64,000 nt of DNA, taken from Podospora anserina (taxonomy: Eukaryota). Position 1 is the stretch's first letter. Every line of letters begins with the position of its first letter. The stretch is from contig CM030335.1 in NCBI GenBank assembly GCA_017654855.1, positions 1,550,001 through 1,614,000 on the forward strand, in the 5' to 3' direction. A program made the translations under genes and the position numbers. The notes under the pieces are model-generated. The model worked only from the letters and a program-made list of their open reading frames with translations, made no database searches and was not told the origin of the DNA. Of the stretch, positions 1-12,793 are shown one piece after another.

Positions 1-462
1 TATCTTATCGACCACCCTAAATCTGCTCGAATATTGAGATAGCTGCATAAATTTGGGAGGGCAGGCGACCGGAGAAGAGGCACCAGAAGAAGAGGCTGAA
101 CAAAAGGTTTAACAAGGTCAAGCTCAACTAGGTAAACTGCGGTCCCCCTGTCTGGTCGAAGGCTCGGTAGAACTCCAGGAGAGCCGCCTCTTAAGGCGCT
201 TTAGGGGCCAGTCCAAGATGTTTATTTAGTCACACTGGACAAGGCAGCTTTTTTTCTTTCTTCAGTTCACATCGTGGTGGCATACAGAGGTCGCCAAGTA
301 GGTGCTGGCAGTGTGTATCTAAATGGGTAGCCAGCGCATGGCTTCCAATTTGTGTGAACAGGTAACCTGAGAGTTCTGAGAGATATTACCCCAGTGAGTT
401 CGTGAGAACTTCCGGTATAGTCCAATGTAAAGGCAGGTTACAAAAGAGCAACATCAAGGGAT

Positions 463-1683
463 CTATTTCTCAACAAGACTAGGTAACCGATTGGAGTTTG
501 CCCCCCCTGATGAAAGGTTGTCGTCAAGGCCCTTGCAAACGACAGCGTTCTTAGACTGACGATTGAAAGAACACCTCCCGTGGTTTTTGTTGTACTGGCA
601 GCCTGCACAGGCAATACCAACCTGCGAGTCCACAACACACTCAGTAAATGGCCCAGCCTTGTTCTTACAACGGCCACAGCCCTCTTGGACAATTTGTCCG
701 CTGGTCTGGACAACCAAAGCTATCATATTCGACCGATCGTTCCAATTATAGACACGTTTCTTTTCGGACTTGGGCATGGTTGTCCGCAAGCGAGCTGGTC
801 GTCGATACTGCCCAGTATCCAGTTAGCAAGCAGATTCTTCTTCATTCCGTATGTGGTTATTATGACTTGCCGGCTTTTCTAACATCCTTCTTATCACATA
901 GGACACTGCCCCCTGTGACTGATTGATGCGCCAGAGATGCCCAACCTCTTGCTCGTCAAGGATAGCAACCTTGTCTTGCTCCATCTCTGTGTCAGAGTCC
1001 TCCTGGGGACTGGTCAACACAAGAGTGGACGAAGAGGTTTCTTGTTGGCTCGACGACCCCCTCTGCATGGCACAAGATTCCGAAGGCTGTGGGAAGGCCC
1101 TTGGCTCTGAGGCCTAGATGAGGGTAAAAGGTCAGAGAAATCGCTCCGCGAACCCTGATGTGAAGGGCAAGTTTGAGGATGGAGGACTAGATGTACGTAC
1201 CAAGTTCTGATCCGAGTCCAACAGCCCATCTCGCCCCTCTCTCTGTGTTGGCGCTATAGTCTCCGCACGCATGGCTGGCATGGGTCGGCTGTCCCCGGCA
1301 GTCCCTTCATTGTGTTCTACCTCATCATTGGTGGCAATGAGAGGCAAAGGAATGTTGAGGCTGCTGCCAACCTCAGCAAGAGAAGGCTGTATCCGACCAA
1401 GGCCTTCGAGTCCAGACTCTTTCGAAAATCTCTTTGCACTGTGGCTCATCCTGCTGTGATAACGTTCTACGATGGTTAGACCGTCGTTCCTCAGGTTCCT
1501 CTCGGTTGTCGACGCAAGCTCCAGTTCTTCCTCCACGCTGCCTAGTTCCCGTTCCACGCTGACCAGTTCTCCTTCCGTGCTAGCCAGTTGTGCCTCCAAA
1601 CTTTTCTTTTGTGCCTCCAGACGTTTCTTTTGGTCTTTCAGACTTTACTTCTGTGATTTTGCCATGCTCTGCTGTCGATTCAT
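463..1683 (-). pseudogene. DUF3716-like Cys-cluster protein with N-terminal coiled coil; in-frame TAA near 5' end (pseudogene or downstream start)
   Basis: Exons ~1683-1201, 1113-871, 807-463 splice in frame. Introns are 1200-1114 (GTACGT..CTGAC..TAG) and 870-808 (GCAAGT..GCTAAC..CAG). C-terminal motif GCGRCKNKAGPFTECVV..ACAGCQY..RCSF. Heptad repeats QKKRLEA/QKKSLEA. TAA at 1647-1645. The 5' end is uncertain. Confidence 0.6.
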
Positions 1684-2761
1684 TTCCTCGCAGCCATCTC
1701 AAATAGACCGGCCCTCTCTCCTTCCTCTCTCCATCTAATTGTGGGACTTCCCTCAGAGTAACTGTGATATTTTCTCAGCCCATCGTGCGTCATGTTGTGC
1801 TCGGCGTTTCTGGATCGTGGGCTCGCCTCTTTCTTGCTTGATGTTCTGGAATCCATGGGGAGAGGAAGCGATAGCGATAGGTTGGTAATGCTTGGTCCCA
1901 AGCTCGTGAAGAATGGGGATGAATGAACAAGATATAAACTCGTGCGTCCTCGTCCACGTCAGCTTTGACTCTTTTGCTGCCTCCTTACCAACCTAGGTAG
2001 GTATGCAGGATCCCACCACCTTGCCCTTCTGAACGAACCATCGGCGTTGTCAGAGTTCCCGAGTGCCTCCGCCGACAATATCTCTCATGGCGGGCTTCAT
2101 GCATTGGTGCGGCTTGGAACCGGGCCGCGAGGGAAGCCGGCGAGATATGCCAAGCCGGTCTGTTGTGCACACTTCAGGCAGCGGTAAGATTTCATGGGAA
2201 ATAGCCATCATGGGCGTCAGTCCAAAGATGATAGCTCAAGTCTCTTGTCCACGTCATCTTGTCCGGTGCGGTGTGCCCGTCTTGCGCGGTGCGTGATAGA
2301 ACACACCTGCTAGCTGCTGGCTGCCGGCTGGTTGTGCCATTGGTCAACGCGGCAGTGTCTTCATAGCAAACAATGCAATACGAGGCGGAGATCCATCTTA
2401 GTCCCCCAATGTAGCAGTCAGCAGATGGTGATCCAAGTCTCTCCTTGTCCTAGTTACATGCTTCAGTCGGCGGACAGAATGCGGCTGCCTGGCTGAACCT
2501 TTTACGTGTTACCCGACGAAGGCGATGGTGTTTCGATTGAAAATACTGAACACAGAGAGGCTGTTGGAAAGACGAAGAAAGGGTATAGATGAATAGGGAA
2601 TAAACGGCCTCCATGGGTCGCTCAGCGGCATCGAACTCAATTTGTGCAGCTTTGCAAAGATCCTTTTCACACCCCACACTCCACACCCAACCACCACGCG
2701 GGTTTGGCTACACACCCCTCCACCTCCCCCCTCCACAAAAAAGAAGAACAGAAAAAGCGGT

Positions 2762-2786
2762 CCCCGGCGTGCCCCGGCGTGCCCCG
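2762..2786. repeat. 10-bp tandem repeat (CCCCGGCGTG x2.5) between the divergent DUF3716-like genes
   Basis: ccccggcgtgccccggcgtgccccg read directly. Confidence 0.7.
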
Positions 2787-3070
2787 CCTCGGACGGGTGG
2801 CAGCACTTATCGAGCCGCCGGGAGCCCGCCGTTTGCTTGGACCCACATGGCTGGAATTGAACGAATGGGCGCTGCAGTTCGATGTAGCTCACCCAACCCT
2901 GTTGAGACAGCGCCAGCTTTGCAAGCTGAAGACGCATCAACGAAACGACGAATGCTGCGGCCCTGATGACTTGTTGAAGTTTTCCCTGCTCCTGCCTGGT
3001 CCTACTTGTCCGCGACTGCCTGTTTCACAAGCCTTCTGTCAAACTTCTTTGATCGCCCACTATGAACAAC

Positions 3071-4991
3071 ATGTCCATCAAGCAAGAGGCGGACGATGGC
3101 TCCAACGATAGACTGGCCATCTTGGAGAACCAGTATATTGAGTAGTACAAGAGACGGCGCCCACAGAGCCTCGAAAAGGCCTCACATGACGTTGCTGTCC
3201 AAATCAAGCCTATGTACGATCGTCTGAAGATGGCAACCCCGAAAGCCGAGAAAGATGCCGAGGAGGTGGGTTCCTGGGACAAGGAGCTGAGGGAAGTCAA
3301 AGAGAAGATCGTGCGGCTTGACGAAGAGAAAGCCCGGGCGATGAACTACAAGAAGACAGTTGAGCAGAAAAGAACACGGCTGCTCTACAGTATTGCCGAT
3401 TCACAAGCGCTTATGGAATCAGGAAGTCGTGCCATGAACAGCTGCATTGCGGACCAGTACGCAATTGAGATGAGCACCCAGCCCAGCAGCGCAAATGGCG
3501 GGGCCCGAGTTGTGGTCGACATTGACTGCCTCTCTTTGGAGGACTTCACGCCGCGGGTCAAGTCCCACGTGGCCTACATGGACTTCTGTACGGACATGGT
3601 GCTGAGGCCTGTTGACTTGGGCACCGCTAAAGCGGAGGCGTCCCGTGCTGGCACACCATCGCCGACACCCGACTACAACATCAGCGTTCCCGGACAGTGC
3701 ACGAGCACTGCGAGACCGAGAACCGGCGCTGAACCGCCCTCTGGTGAGGAATCGTTGCGCCAAGTGTCGCAGCTGACTTTGAATCTTTTGTGCCCCAATA
3801 GCTTCAGTCCAGAGCAGAGACCTGCCGACCTCACCACCGCAGCAGCGGAGGCGCCCCCCGCTGGTACATCGTCGCAAAGTTCAAAAAGCAATTCCAGCGT
3901 CGCCAAGCAGAGCACCAGCACAATTGGACGTAGCAACGAACACTCCATACCAGCCTCCGCCCCTCGCAACCTTAACATCGAATCTTTTTCGCTTCCAGTG
4001 AGTACTATTGCCCCCAGTTCGGGATTGTGATCACCAACTGATCTTCTGCTCACTCCAGACATTGCGGTTTCCGCCCCGAGTGAATGGTTCGCCATTCACG
4101 ATCATCAGATACGGGAATCGCATGGTCCTGGTGCATCTGGCTCTGGGGAAAATTTGAGATCAGCCAAAAGAATGATGACGGGACTACGGCGTTCCATCTC
4201 TCCGAGTCTTCCCAGTCTCCTATTAGCCCAGGGTGTCTCTGAGCATGAGAGTGGCTCGGAGTCTGAACATGTAAGCGCAGTTGGCTCTTCTTCTTTTAGA
4301 CCACTGTCTAGCGGCCGTCTTTGGCAGGGACCTTTGTTCCCATTTCTGCTGCCTGTATTCCATGTCTTTCCTCTTTGCTGCTAGGTTGAAATGCCACCCG
4401 TCTTCCTTCTGCCGTATAGCAAAACTGCTTAGGTATTTGGCACCCCACTGACCGTTCTTCTACCCCTTTGCAGGGCCCCACCGAGGAAAATTCCCCCCCT
4501 AACTGCCACCATTGTTGCCGCCACTGCAACCAATCCCAGGTTTGAGCATGATAAGGGTGGAAAGGTGTCGTATATAGGCGAGAAGGCACTTCGTGGGATT
4601 TACCATGGCTGCATCAAGAAGAGTGCGGTGATGAAGGAGATCTTCTCTCAACAGGTATGCCCGCTCGAACCCAAAGCAATTTGTTCCAGACACCTGGCTA
4701 ACAAGAAAGCAGTTCATCAGGCCAGCTAAGGTGAGGACGAAAACCGTCGTGGGGGTGGGCGTGAAGAGGGACCACCGTGGCAACCCCATGTACAACTGGC
4801 AGCCACATGCCAACTGTGAAGCTGCCCTCGCACATTCTCGCGGTGATATTTCTCCAGAGCCCTGCGATCGGTGCAGGGAGGGTCAAGGCCGGTTCGCCGA
4901 GTGTGTGGTGATGCCGGGCAAGTTCAAAGGTGCCTGTGCGAATTGTCGGTGGGCGGCAAAAGATTCGTCGTGTTATTTCCGAAGGCAGTAG
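3071..4991 (+). CDS. DUF3716-like Cys-cluster protein with N-terminal coiled coil; one in-frame TAG at codon 25
   Basis: ATG 3071 MSIKQEADDG..QYIE*YKRRRP is in frame with ORF 3212-4030. The last intron is 4655-4712 (GTATGC..GCTAAC..CAG). The final exon has PCDRCREGQGRFAECVV..GACANCRW..SCYF. Middle exon structure (about 3740-4470) is not resolved. Confidence 0.6.
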
Positions 4992-7900
4992 TAGGGAATG
5001 GCAGATTTAGATGCTAGGTCCCCAGCTGGATGGTTTCTTTGGTCTGCGACTCTCAGTTTTGTTTAATGTTATCGAGGTCGATTGTCCTGGCAAGCAAGGC
5101 TGCATCGCGCTGTGAATTCTCGACGTTGTGATTGGCTCAAGATATCCAGCCTTGTAAGTGGTTGTCTTGGCGACAGCCGAGGCTCCAGTTCCTACGGTTT
5201 TTGACAAGGCTCCCAGACCATTATTGTACCGTTCCTCTGCTCTCACTGTCAGTTATTTTTGTTTATTCGGCTTGACTAGATGGGAGATTTATGCTTGTAT
5301 TGGCGGCGCAAAGGCAATAGAAGCCTTGCGGTGACGTTGTTACGCAATAGAGCTCTGAAACAGTGCTCAAGCAAAGTTGTTGGCCCATTGCGCAAAATGA
5401 TACTGTTTGGCTATCTATGTTGCCTGCAAAGTAAAGAACTGGCCTTGACGAACTGAAAAGATGACACAACATGTAGCCGTGAATTATCCCGTACAGGAGT
5501 GAGAGTTACATGTGGTGTCTCATCAACCACATCACCATTTTCGCCCTCAACTAAAGCTTTTGCATATAACTTTCTCAAATACCATGCACCGGAAACTTGA
5601 GTATGGAGGCGGGGCTTGCATTTGCGCGCAGACAACAACATCAACACCATATAAATGGAGGGGTCCTATCACGCTCGAGCGTACATTTGTACTGCAAATT
5701 GAATGAGACAAAACCCTGGGTTTCGGCAGTTGTGGTTGGAAATGTGGTCGATGACGTGGTCGACGATGTGGGGCGGATATTGGAGTTTCCCGGCCCCCAT
5801 TGCCTTCAATTTCTCCATCAATATCATGCTGTCGGATTATGAGGAGAGTTGCGGGTCGTTTTAGTTTCTGGTTGTCCATTTTAAGCTGATACAATTGTCA
5901 TGTTTAAGGGCACATCGTTTCTTGGAGGTTTGAACAACGTGTGCGCCTACCAGCTCTCATGCCTTTGCTTCCAGCTTGGTACCCACAGCATCCACAGTAC
6001 CTGAAAACACAAGACCTGTCTGGGATCCCCTTGACGTGTAGTCGAATGGCATTTCCCTTGCCGCATCGGAGCTGCTGCACATTGCCATATATCACCCACC
6101 AATCCTGGAGAAGGGCAGCGCGGATTAAGCCTTGGTTTCACTACAACCAATGGTTTGCCCAACATGATAGACGTTGGCAATTTTTGGACAGATGAGAAAC
6201 GGCTGTTGCGTTCTTCTTACTGCTCGCAATCATGTCCCCTGATTGTCCTAGGAGACAGACCTCACACCCGGTAGGCTGATAGCATTATCTCCATCTTCGT
6301 GTTTGGCCACCTGCTAGCATCTCAATGCCCAGTTCGGGTTTGACTCTCTCCAACAGGACGTCCAACGGGACTCACCATATGCAGGCTTCCCTATCAAACC
6401 CAACTAGTTCTCCGCTCTTAGGTTTGGGCTGAGACAGATCTGGATTTCACGACGGTGAATGAACATGGTGACGTGCTAAACGGCAGCACTCCATCTTTGG
6501 TAGAAAATGACCGCCTCTCGCAAGTAAAACTATCAACTGCAACCCCCAAATTGGTCAACAGCTATTGCTTCGCACCAGCAGTTACACTCCCTGCTCTTGA
6601 AGTGCCTTGCTTGCAAACGATACAGCCAAAAGCTTATGTCTGTGTTCGAGGTTCCTACACTGTGTTGACACCGGCATATACTTACCACCGTTCTAGATTC
6701 TATAGGATGGAAACCCCAACTCGCGAACCAGAACAGAGTATCCCTGGGGCTCCTAAGAGAAAGACACCAGATCTGATGGCGGTGTCGCCGGTTCGTTGTG
6801 CCTTTTCGGAGCCACAAACAAATGCGAGTAAGTGTCATACTCTCAGCTTCGTTCGTAATAATCTTCTTGGTGTTCATACATATGTCCTCGCCAAGTAGAT
6901 TCCTGGACTGACTCCTGCGCAGCACCAACAACTGAGATTCCTTCGTACGACTGACCGCCCATGGTAGGCGGAGAGGAGACGGTGGGCGGGCAGGAGACGG
7001 CGGGCGGTGAGAAGAGCCCCTAACAGGGACAACAGCGCGGACTGGAAGAACAGGGCGATCGATGAGAGGAAGATCAATGGGGAGGATGAGATGAACCGGG
7101 AGAAGGAAATACCCTGACTGTATCGCATCCTTCTTTGCTTGTATAGGTAACCAAATCAGCTGTAGGCCAATACAGCATGGACGTGATGCACACAACGCGA
7201 GACGCTCTCCCCCCACGTGGATATGCACATCATTTGACTCGAAACATAATATATGGTGGTGATCCATCATATTTCCTCCGTCATCACGCACGCGACCCAA
7301 GGGCACCGGGCCATGCGTGATGCGTGCCGGGTTTCGGGTGGACAGGTTCCAGCAACTTGACGGCATGGCGTAAATTATCCCAAGCACGCCGGGTTCCCTT
7401 CACGCAGGCGGTTATATAATTGTACCCAGACTATTTCAATTTTCTCGAGGACGGTCGGTTGAAGTTGTCGACTTCGGAGTAGGCGCTTGCGAATTCTCGG
7501 GGTGACCGCCGCGCCAATTTTGTTGGCGGACCTGCGGTTTTGGAGGCCGCCGGGACGCTTCGTCTCTGTCGCGCGGCAACTGAGTATTAGAGATGTACGT
7601 ATTCGAAAGCCTAGGCGCGGAGCTGGATTTCGGCAGTGTTACGAGCAGGCAGAGTGTTGCGCCGGCGGAGGGGCGCGCGCGGAGGGGCGCGGGGGTTGTC
7701 GAGCGGGATTTCGGCAGCGGCACGAGAACGCCGCGGGCAGCGGGGGTTGTCTGGATAGAACGGGAGTTTCTTAGGGTTAGCAGGTACTGGCTAACAGATA
7801 GTCTCAGCAGGAGTGTAGTTCTGGTAGGCTAGTGTTGTCGGCAGTGGCCTTTCGGATGCCCCTTGCTGAGCTGGACGCAAGGCTGAGCGAAGCTGCGCCA

Positions 7901-9209
7901 TTGCTTTCATCTCGATTGAAGGCGAGAAGATTGTAAAAGTGAGGTCCCTTTGGGTAGACAGAACATCGCAACTGTCGTCGTTTCATCCGCGGTGTGCATC
8001 GCGGTGTGCCGGGATTCGAAGGCAGTGCGCTTGCGTGGTGTCTCCGGCGGCCGGGCCTGTTGTCGTAGATGTCACTGGGCGCGCTGGCGCCCAGTGCGCT
8101 GTGGCAGCTGCGTCAGGTGAGAGGGACGCTTGGTGTGAAAAGGCCATTTTTCAGGGCGCCCCATCAGGCGCACACTCTGGCATAGCTTCAGCTGCGGGGT
8201 ACCTGATGGATGGAAAATGCGAAGACGACTTTTTAAACATTGGATATATGTGGTTGCACTCCATGCAATCACCAAACTAAGGACTAGAACCAACAATCGG
8301 CATAAATCATGCATCTACCAGCGACCGAGTTGCATTGGGAAGTAAATCATCGTCCCTCCATCCTCATCCGCGTGCCCCTGACACGGGTTAAGGTTGTATC
8401 AATGGAGAAGTCATTATTCTTCTGTGACAGGAACATCACACCCTGGCTTCAACAACCCGTCTCAACAGACAATATCACTTCTCACCGGCACTGAAACACA
8501 TAGGAAGTGCCATACAAATCGATGAACATACTACGTAACTGGCTTATTTATTTTCAATAAAGCCCTTAAAACCCTGTGTTACCGCTGTGCAGCCCCGAGT
8601 TGGGATTAGGGTTGTATATGAGTCCTGAGCGACGCCATTCTATCACTCGCCTCCATGAACAAACCACCCTCACCGCATTTTGTCTAATACAGAATGCAGT
8701 GAAATCCTTTGCTCAGAAATGCAGGCTTTAATGGTATATTTGTCTCTTGATTGTTGTCTATGGGCCAATGGAGGGCATATTTGCACGCGCGCCACCACCT
8801 GCAAGAGCCTCATTGCCAGGGTTTTATTTGCGATGGCTCCTATTGCCCGGCCTTGAATTTCCAGGCCAACTCCCACGCTTTCAACTAACTGCGTGCAAGT
8901 AGGTGTGGCTGGGAGTGGTAATGTGGTTGATGAAGTGCAAGTCAGGATGTATATAACCCTAACCCCCCGGGGGAAACACACAGCTATAATTTCTCCAGTA
9001 GAAAGACAGGTGGCTTACGTTTAATTTGTGGGTGGTTCAAATGGCCTGTTCGATTGCCCGCAGGTTGATTGAAGACGGCGAAGTTGGTGATCGTGCGTGA
9101 CGGTGGAGTGTAGCACAGGCATGTGACAAGTAGTACAGCTGGGCACTGTCGGATGAAGAATATACACAAGATGGCTTGGTTTTCCCAATTCTCGATGCGA
9201 ATAAAGCCA

Positions 9210-10719
9210 TCACCTCCCCTCCTCCCGCAACGCCTTCACCACCTCCTCACCGCCTCGGATCCCGCTCCTGACAGCCCCATCCATATACCCCTTCCAAACC
9301 AAACTGGTCTCCGTGCCCACAAAGTGTACCCTCCGCCACGGCTCCCTCAGCGGATTGACCGTCACCTCCCCTAACACAGTCAACACCCCCGGACCCATCA
9401 CTGCAGTCGGCGCGCCATCCGCATACTGGTTCCTCTTCCAGGCAATCTCATGCACCTGAATCGGCTCCGGCACCTTCGCCCCTTTCAACACCCCCGACCC
9501 CTCAAACACCTGCTTAAACTGCGCCCAAACCTTCTCCCTCCTGACCTTTTGGGCGTACTTGGACAGCTCCCTTGCAGGATCACCCACGATGAAGCAAGTG
9601 ATGGACCACTGGTTGTCCTCCGGCACGGAAGTCTCCCTCGTAAAAGAGACATGCCCAGAAAGCGGTGCCTCAAATGTCCCAGAGAGCCCGGCCTCACGCC
9701 ACCATGGAATAGCCCAGACATATATGATCTTGCCGTACGCGCCGATGGCTGTACCCTCTGACAGGATGGATTTGGATGGCGGCAGCGCGGGGGAGAAGGA
9801 AATGGTCGGGTATAGAGCGCTTGGCAGAGAGACCACCGCGCGCGCGGCCCTGAATGTCTTGTTGGCGGTCGTGACAACTTCCACACCGGCCGCAGACTGG
9901 CTAACGGATTTGACAACGCTGGTGAGGTGGATGGACCCGGAGGGCAGCTGGGCGGCGAGATATTTGGAGATTGTCTGCATGCCTTTGTTGGCGCGGAGAT
10001 ATTGGCCACCGTCGGGGCCATCAGAGACGAGGTTGAGAATTCCGGTTCCGCTCTTGAAGTAGTTGATCATGAACAGCGCGCTGACCTCGTCACCTTCCAC
10101 CCCTAGGAGAGCACGCGCCAGGTAGGTAGCGATGATGGGTGTCGAAGGAGACTCCAGGAGCTCTTTGCAGTACTCTGCAAAAGTCAGGCTGTCGAGCCGT
10201 TTGGCGTCGGGCCCGGTGATGGGATCTTCCAGGTTGGAAGCATCAGTCACTTTTCGCAGAGCGCCAAAGAGGACAGCAAAGGCTGCGGCTTCTTCTTCGT
10301 CAACCTAGGTTTGTGTCAGAACAAGCACGGCGACAGTCGGTTGGACTGCATGTGTTCGGGGCGCTTACGAAGAGTTGACCGAAAGGAACAGAGATATAGC
10401 TGCCGTCTTCAATCTGCCGAAGGGTGTTGCCCTCATCCAATTGCTTTTCAGGTTTCAGGCCAGCCTCGAGGAATAACTTGTAGATCTCGGATTGACTGCT
10501 ATCGTTGATCCAGGCAGCGCCAAGGTCATTGACGCCTTTGCCCTGGCTAGAGGATTGCACCGACAGCGTCTTGCCGCCCACACGATCAAGAGCCTCCAGA
10601 ACAATAACGGAGAAACCTGCATGTTGGACCTTGACAGCTGTTTGAAGACCGCTGAGCCCGGCGCCAACAACTATCACATCGTACTGTTTGTGGTTGGTGA
10701 GCTGAATCTGGTCGGACAT
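9210..10719 (-). CDS. Flavin-containing amine oxidase (monoamine oxidase family)
   Basis: DVIVVGAGLSGL dinucleotide-binding motif, EALDRVGGKT, DLGAAWIND, C-terminal HFVGTET..GYMDGAVRSG. Intron 10368-10305 joins the two ORFs in frame. Confidence 0.92.
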
Positions 10720-11259
10720 TGCGAAAGAACAAATGGCGTAGAGACTTCAACAAGAGAAAATCGTGTTGAAGCTTGAAGAATCTCGAGGCCATACTGTTTC
10801 CATGTCGTTATTTAAATGGTAAGCCCTTCGGAGGAGACTCAGTAATCGCCTGCATAATGCCAATGTCTTGCGATGCGAGGCGGCCGAAGATGCGACGCCG
10901 AGATACAACCAACAGACAATTGTCCACTTGGTGTCATCCTCCCTCGTGTCAGCCAGGGAAGCCTGACCTGGATGGTTGAAAGGCCGAGCGATAACAGTTC
11001 TCACGCTCACCCGCGGCCTGCGAGCTTTTGGAGTGACCGTGTCTGGAAAGGCATGTCGAAGGAAAGGAAAGATCCAAGTTTTCTAGCCAAGACAACCAAT
11101 ACAGATCCATCGGCACCCGCGGCGGCCGTGGGCACCCTCTCGCAGGTGCTCATGCATGGGCGTTACACCAGATGTGCCCAAGGGGCAAAGCACATGGACT
11201 TCATACAGCCTTTTGGATGCGAGCAAAACGTTGAATGATCAGTTCATTCGAGGACAGCC

Positions 11260-12345
11260 TCACCTAAACCACCAGTTTACACTCCCGTTCAGATCGCCTT
11301 TGTAATCCACGCTTTTCACGCTGTGCCACCATCCTTTGGGAATGAAAAGCGAATCCCCCTGAGATACAACAACCTCCATCATCTCCTCTGGTGCTTCCTC
11401 GGTCCAGACCTTTGTTGTCAGCAAGGTCCTCTCTTCGCCTTGCATCATTTCGTCCCCGCGAATGGTTGAGCTCCCCGTCTGTCCCAGTTCTGCTTGAACC
11501 TTGCGGAATAGACTCTTGCCGAGGCCTGGTGGTAGAAGCCTGATCACTTTTCCTCCATAGATCTGACAGAAGTAATTCGGATTTGGATCACAGTGCCATG
11601 GTGTGTAGGTTGGCTCTAACCCGAGCCAAATACTGGAACCATACACGTCGCCCTTGCCCGCTTTGAGAACAATCTCTGGCGTCGCCACATCGTCTTGGAG
11701 AGTGGCCGGCAAGTCAGATATCGGAGCCTGTGCGATGTAGAGCTGAGTGACGCGCTGGAATGAAACCTTGACAGCATTGTAGCGCAGCGCAGCAGACATG
11801 AGGGAAATTGGTGCCTCGAAGCGGAGGAAGCGGTGGTGTTCGTCGTACTCATCGCCCAATTGTTGTTTGATGTCATGAAGGTAAGACGAAAGCCACAGAT
11901 GGGGCCAACCTGTTTGTGTATTGGCCATCCAGCTGATGAACCGGTCCACATTGTCGCCATCGAAGCCTCTGGGACGCCATGTGGGAACCGTGAGCTCATA
12001 CGGGACCATTTTAACGTCGAATGGATGAGTAAAATGCTCGGAAAGAGCTACAGCTGTCTTGTTTATTGTCCTGGGCACTGGGTGGAATTCGAACCACTTT
12101 GTCATGGCTTGCGAAGGCTCTTGCTGCCCTTTGATGAGCAGAGGCTCATTCTTCTCCATGGCTTGCTTCCGAAATTCTTCCACCCCGATGGGCCCCTGGA
12201 TCTGACGCGCAGCACATAGTGATCTGCTTGAGGCTGGTAGAAAAGACGTCCTGCGAGACCTTGTGAAAGGCAGCCGGGGAATTTGGTGAAGTGTACAGCG
12301 CATGGTCAGCGACTGAGAATGAAGAGCTGACTTGGTCTTCATCAT
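11260..12345 (-). CDS. JmjC/cupin-like 2-oxoglutarate Fe(II) oxygenase with possible mitochondrial presequence
   Basis: TPWHCDPNPNYFCQIYGGK (HxD) and LFIPKGWWHSV (distal His). Arg/Ser-rich, acid-free N-terminus. Start may be 12303. Confidence 0.85.
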   Translation of the reverse strand: MMKTKSALHSQSLTMRCTLHQIPRLPFTRSRRTSFLPASSRSLCAARQIQGPIGVEEFRKQAMEKNEPLLIKGQQEPSQAMTKWFEFHPVPRTINKTAVALSEHFTHPFDVKMVPYELTVPTWRPRGFDGDNVDRFISWMANTQTGWPHLWLSSYLHDIKQQLGDEYDEHHRFLRFEAPISLMSAALRYNAVKVSFQRVTQLYIAQAPISDLPATLQDDVATPEIVLKAGKGDVYGSSIWLGLEPTYTPWHCDPNPNYFCQIYGGKVIRLLPPGLGKSLFRKVQAELGQTGSSTIRGDEMMQGEERTLLTTKVWTEEAPEEMMEVVVSQGDSLFIPKGWWHSVKSVDYKGDLNGSVNWWFR

Positions 12346-12793
12346 TTGCTAGCAGGCTGGCATCAGATTGGCGACCTGCGATTGGATGGAGGGGCTGGAG
12401 CGAGAGAAACGCGGTGGCACGTGACCGCTTACCGACCTCTTGGGACTGACACCTCGCCTTTCAGGCCGCAATCAGCGCGGGGCTATTGCGAAGGTGGGGC
12501 CCACAGAAGGGCCCAAGGCTTCCTATCGGAAATGAGGCTTTGACGACTTCTGAAGCAACCACAAGCAAGCATCGTCCCACCGCTCCCTGCAGCATCCCAG
12601 CCCAAACCGACGCGCAACAGCATAGTCAATAATGATCAGAACATAGAATATCTCGAGATCAACTCGCCCAACGTCCTCCCGCGACGAGACTACCACCTCA
12701 AACAATACCTCTCTCAGTCACCAGGACAGAGCTGTCTGCGCGCGCAAAGCAGTTTCTGATCAAGTAATTCCTAGCAAGCGAAAACACACCAAC

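Noticed and set aside
4989-5114. Tandem TAGTAG with about 39 open codons behind it as an editing-dependent extension
   Set aside because: The Cys domain is already complete and the extension shows no motif; cannot be supported without RNA data.
6533-7387. 284-aa minus-strand ORF
   Set aside because: Non-ATG start, no recognisable motif, composition typical of a shadow frame.
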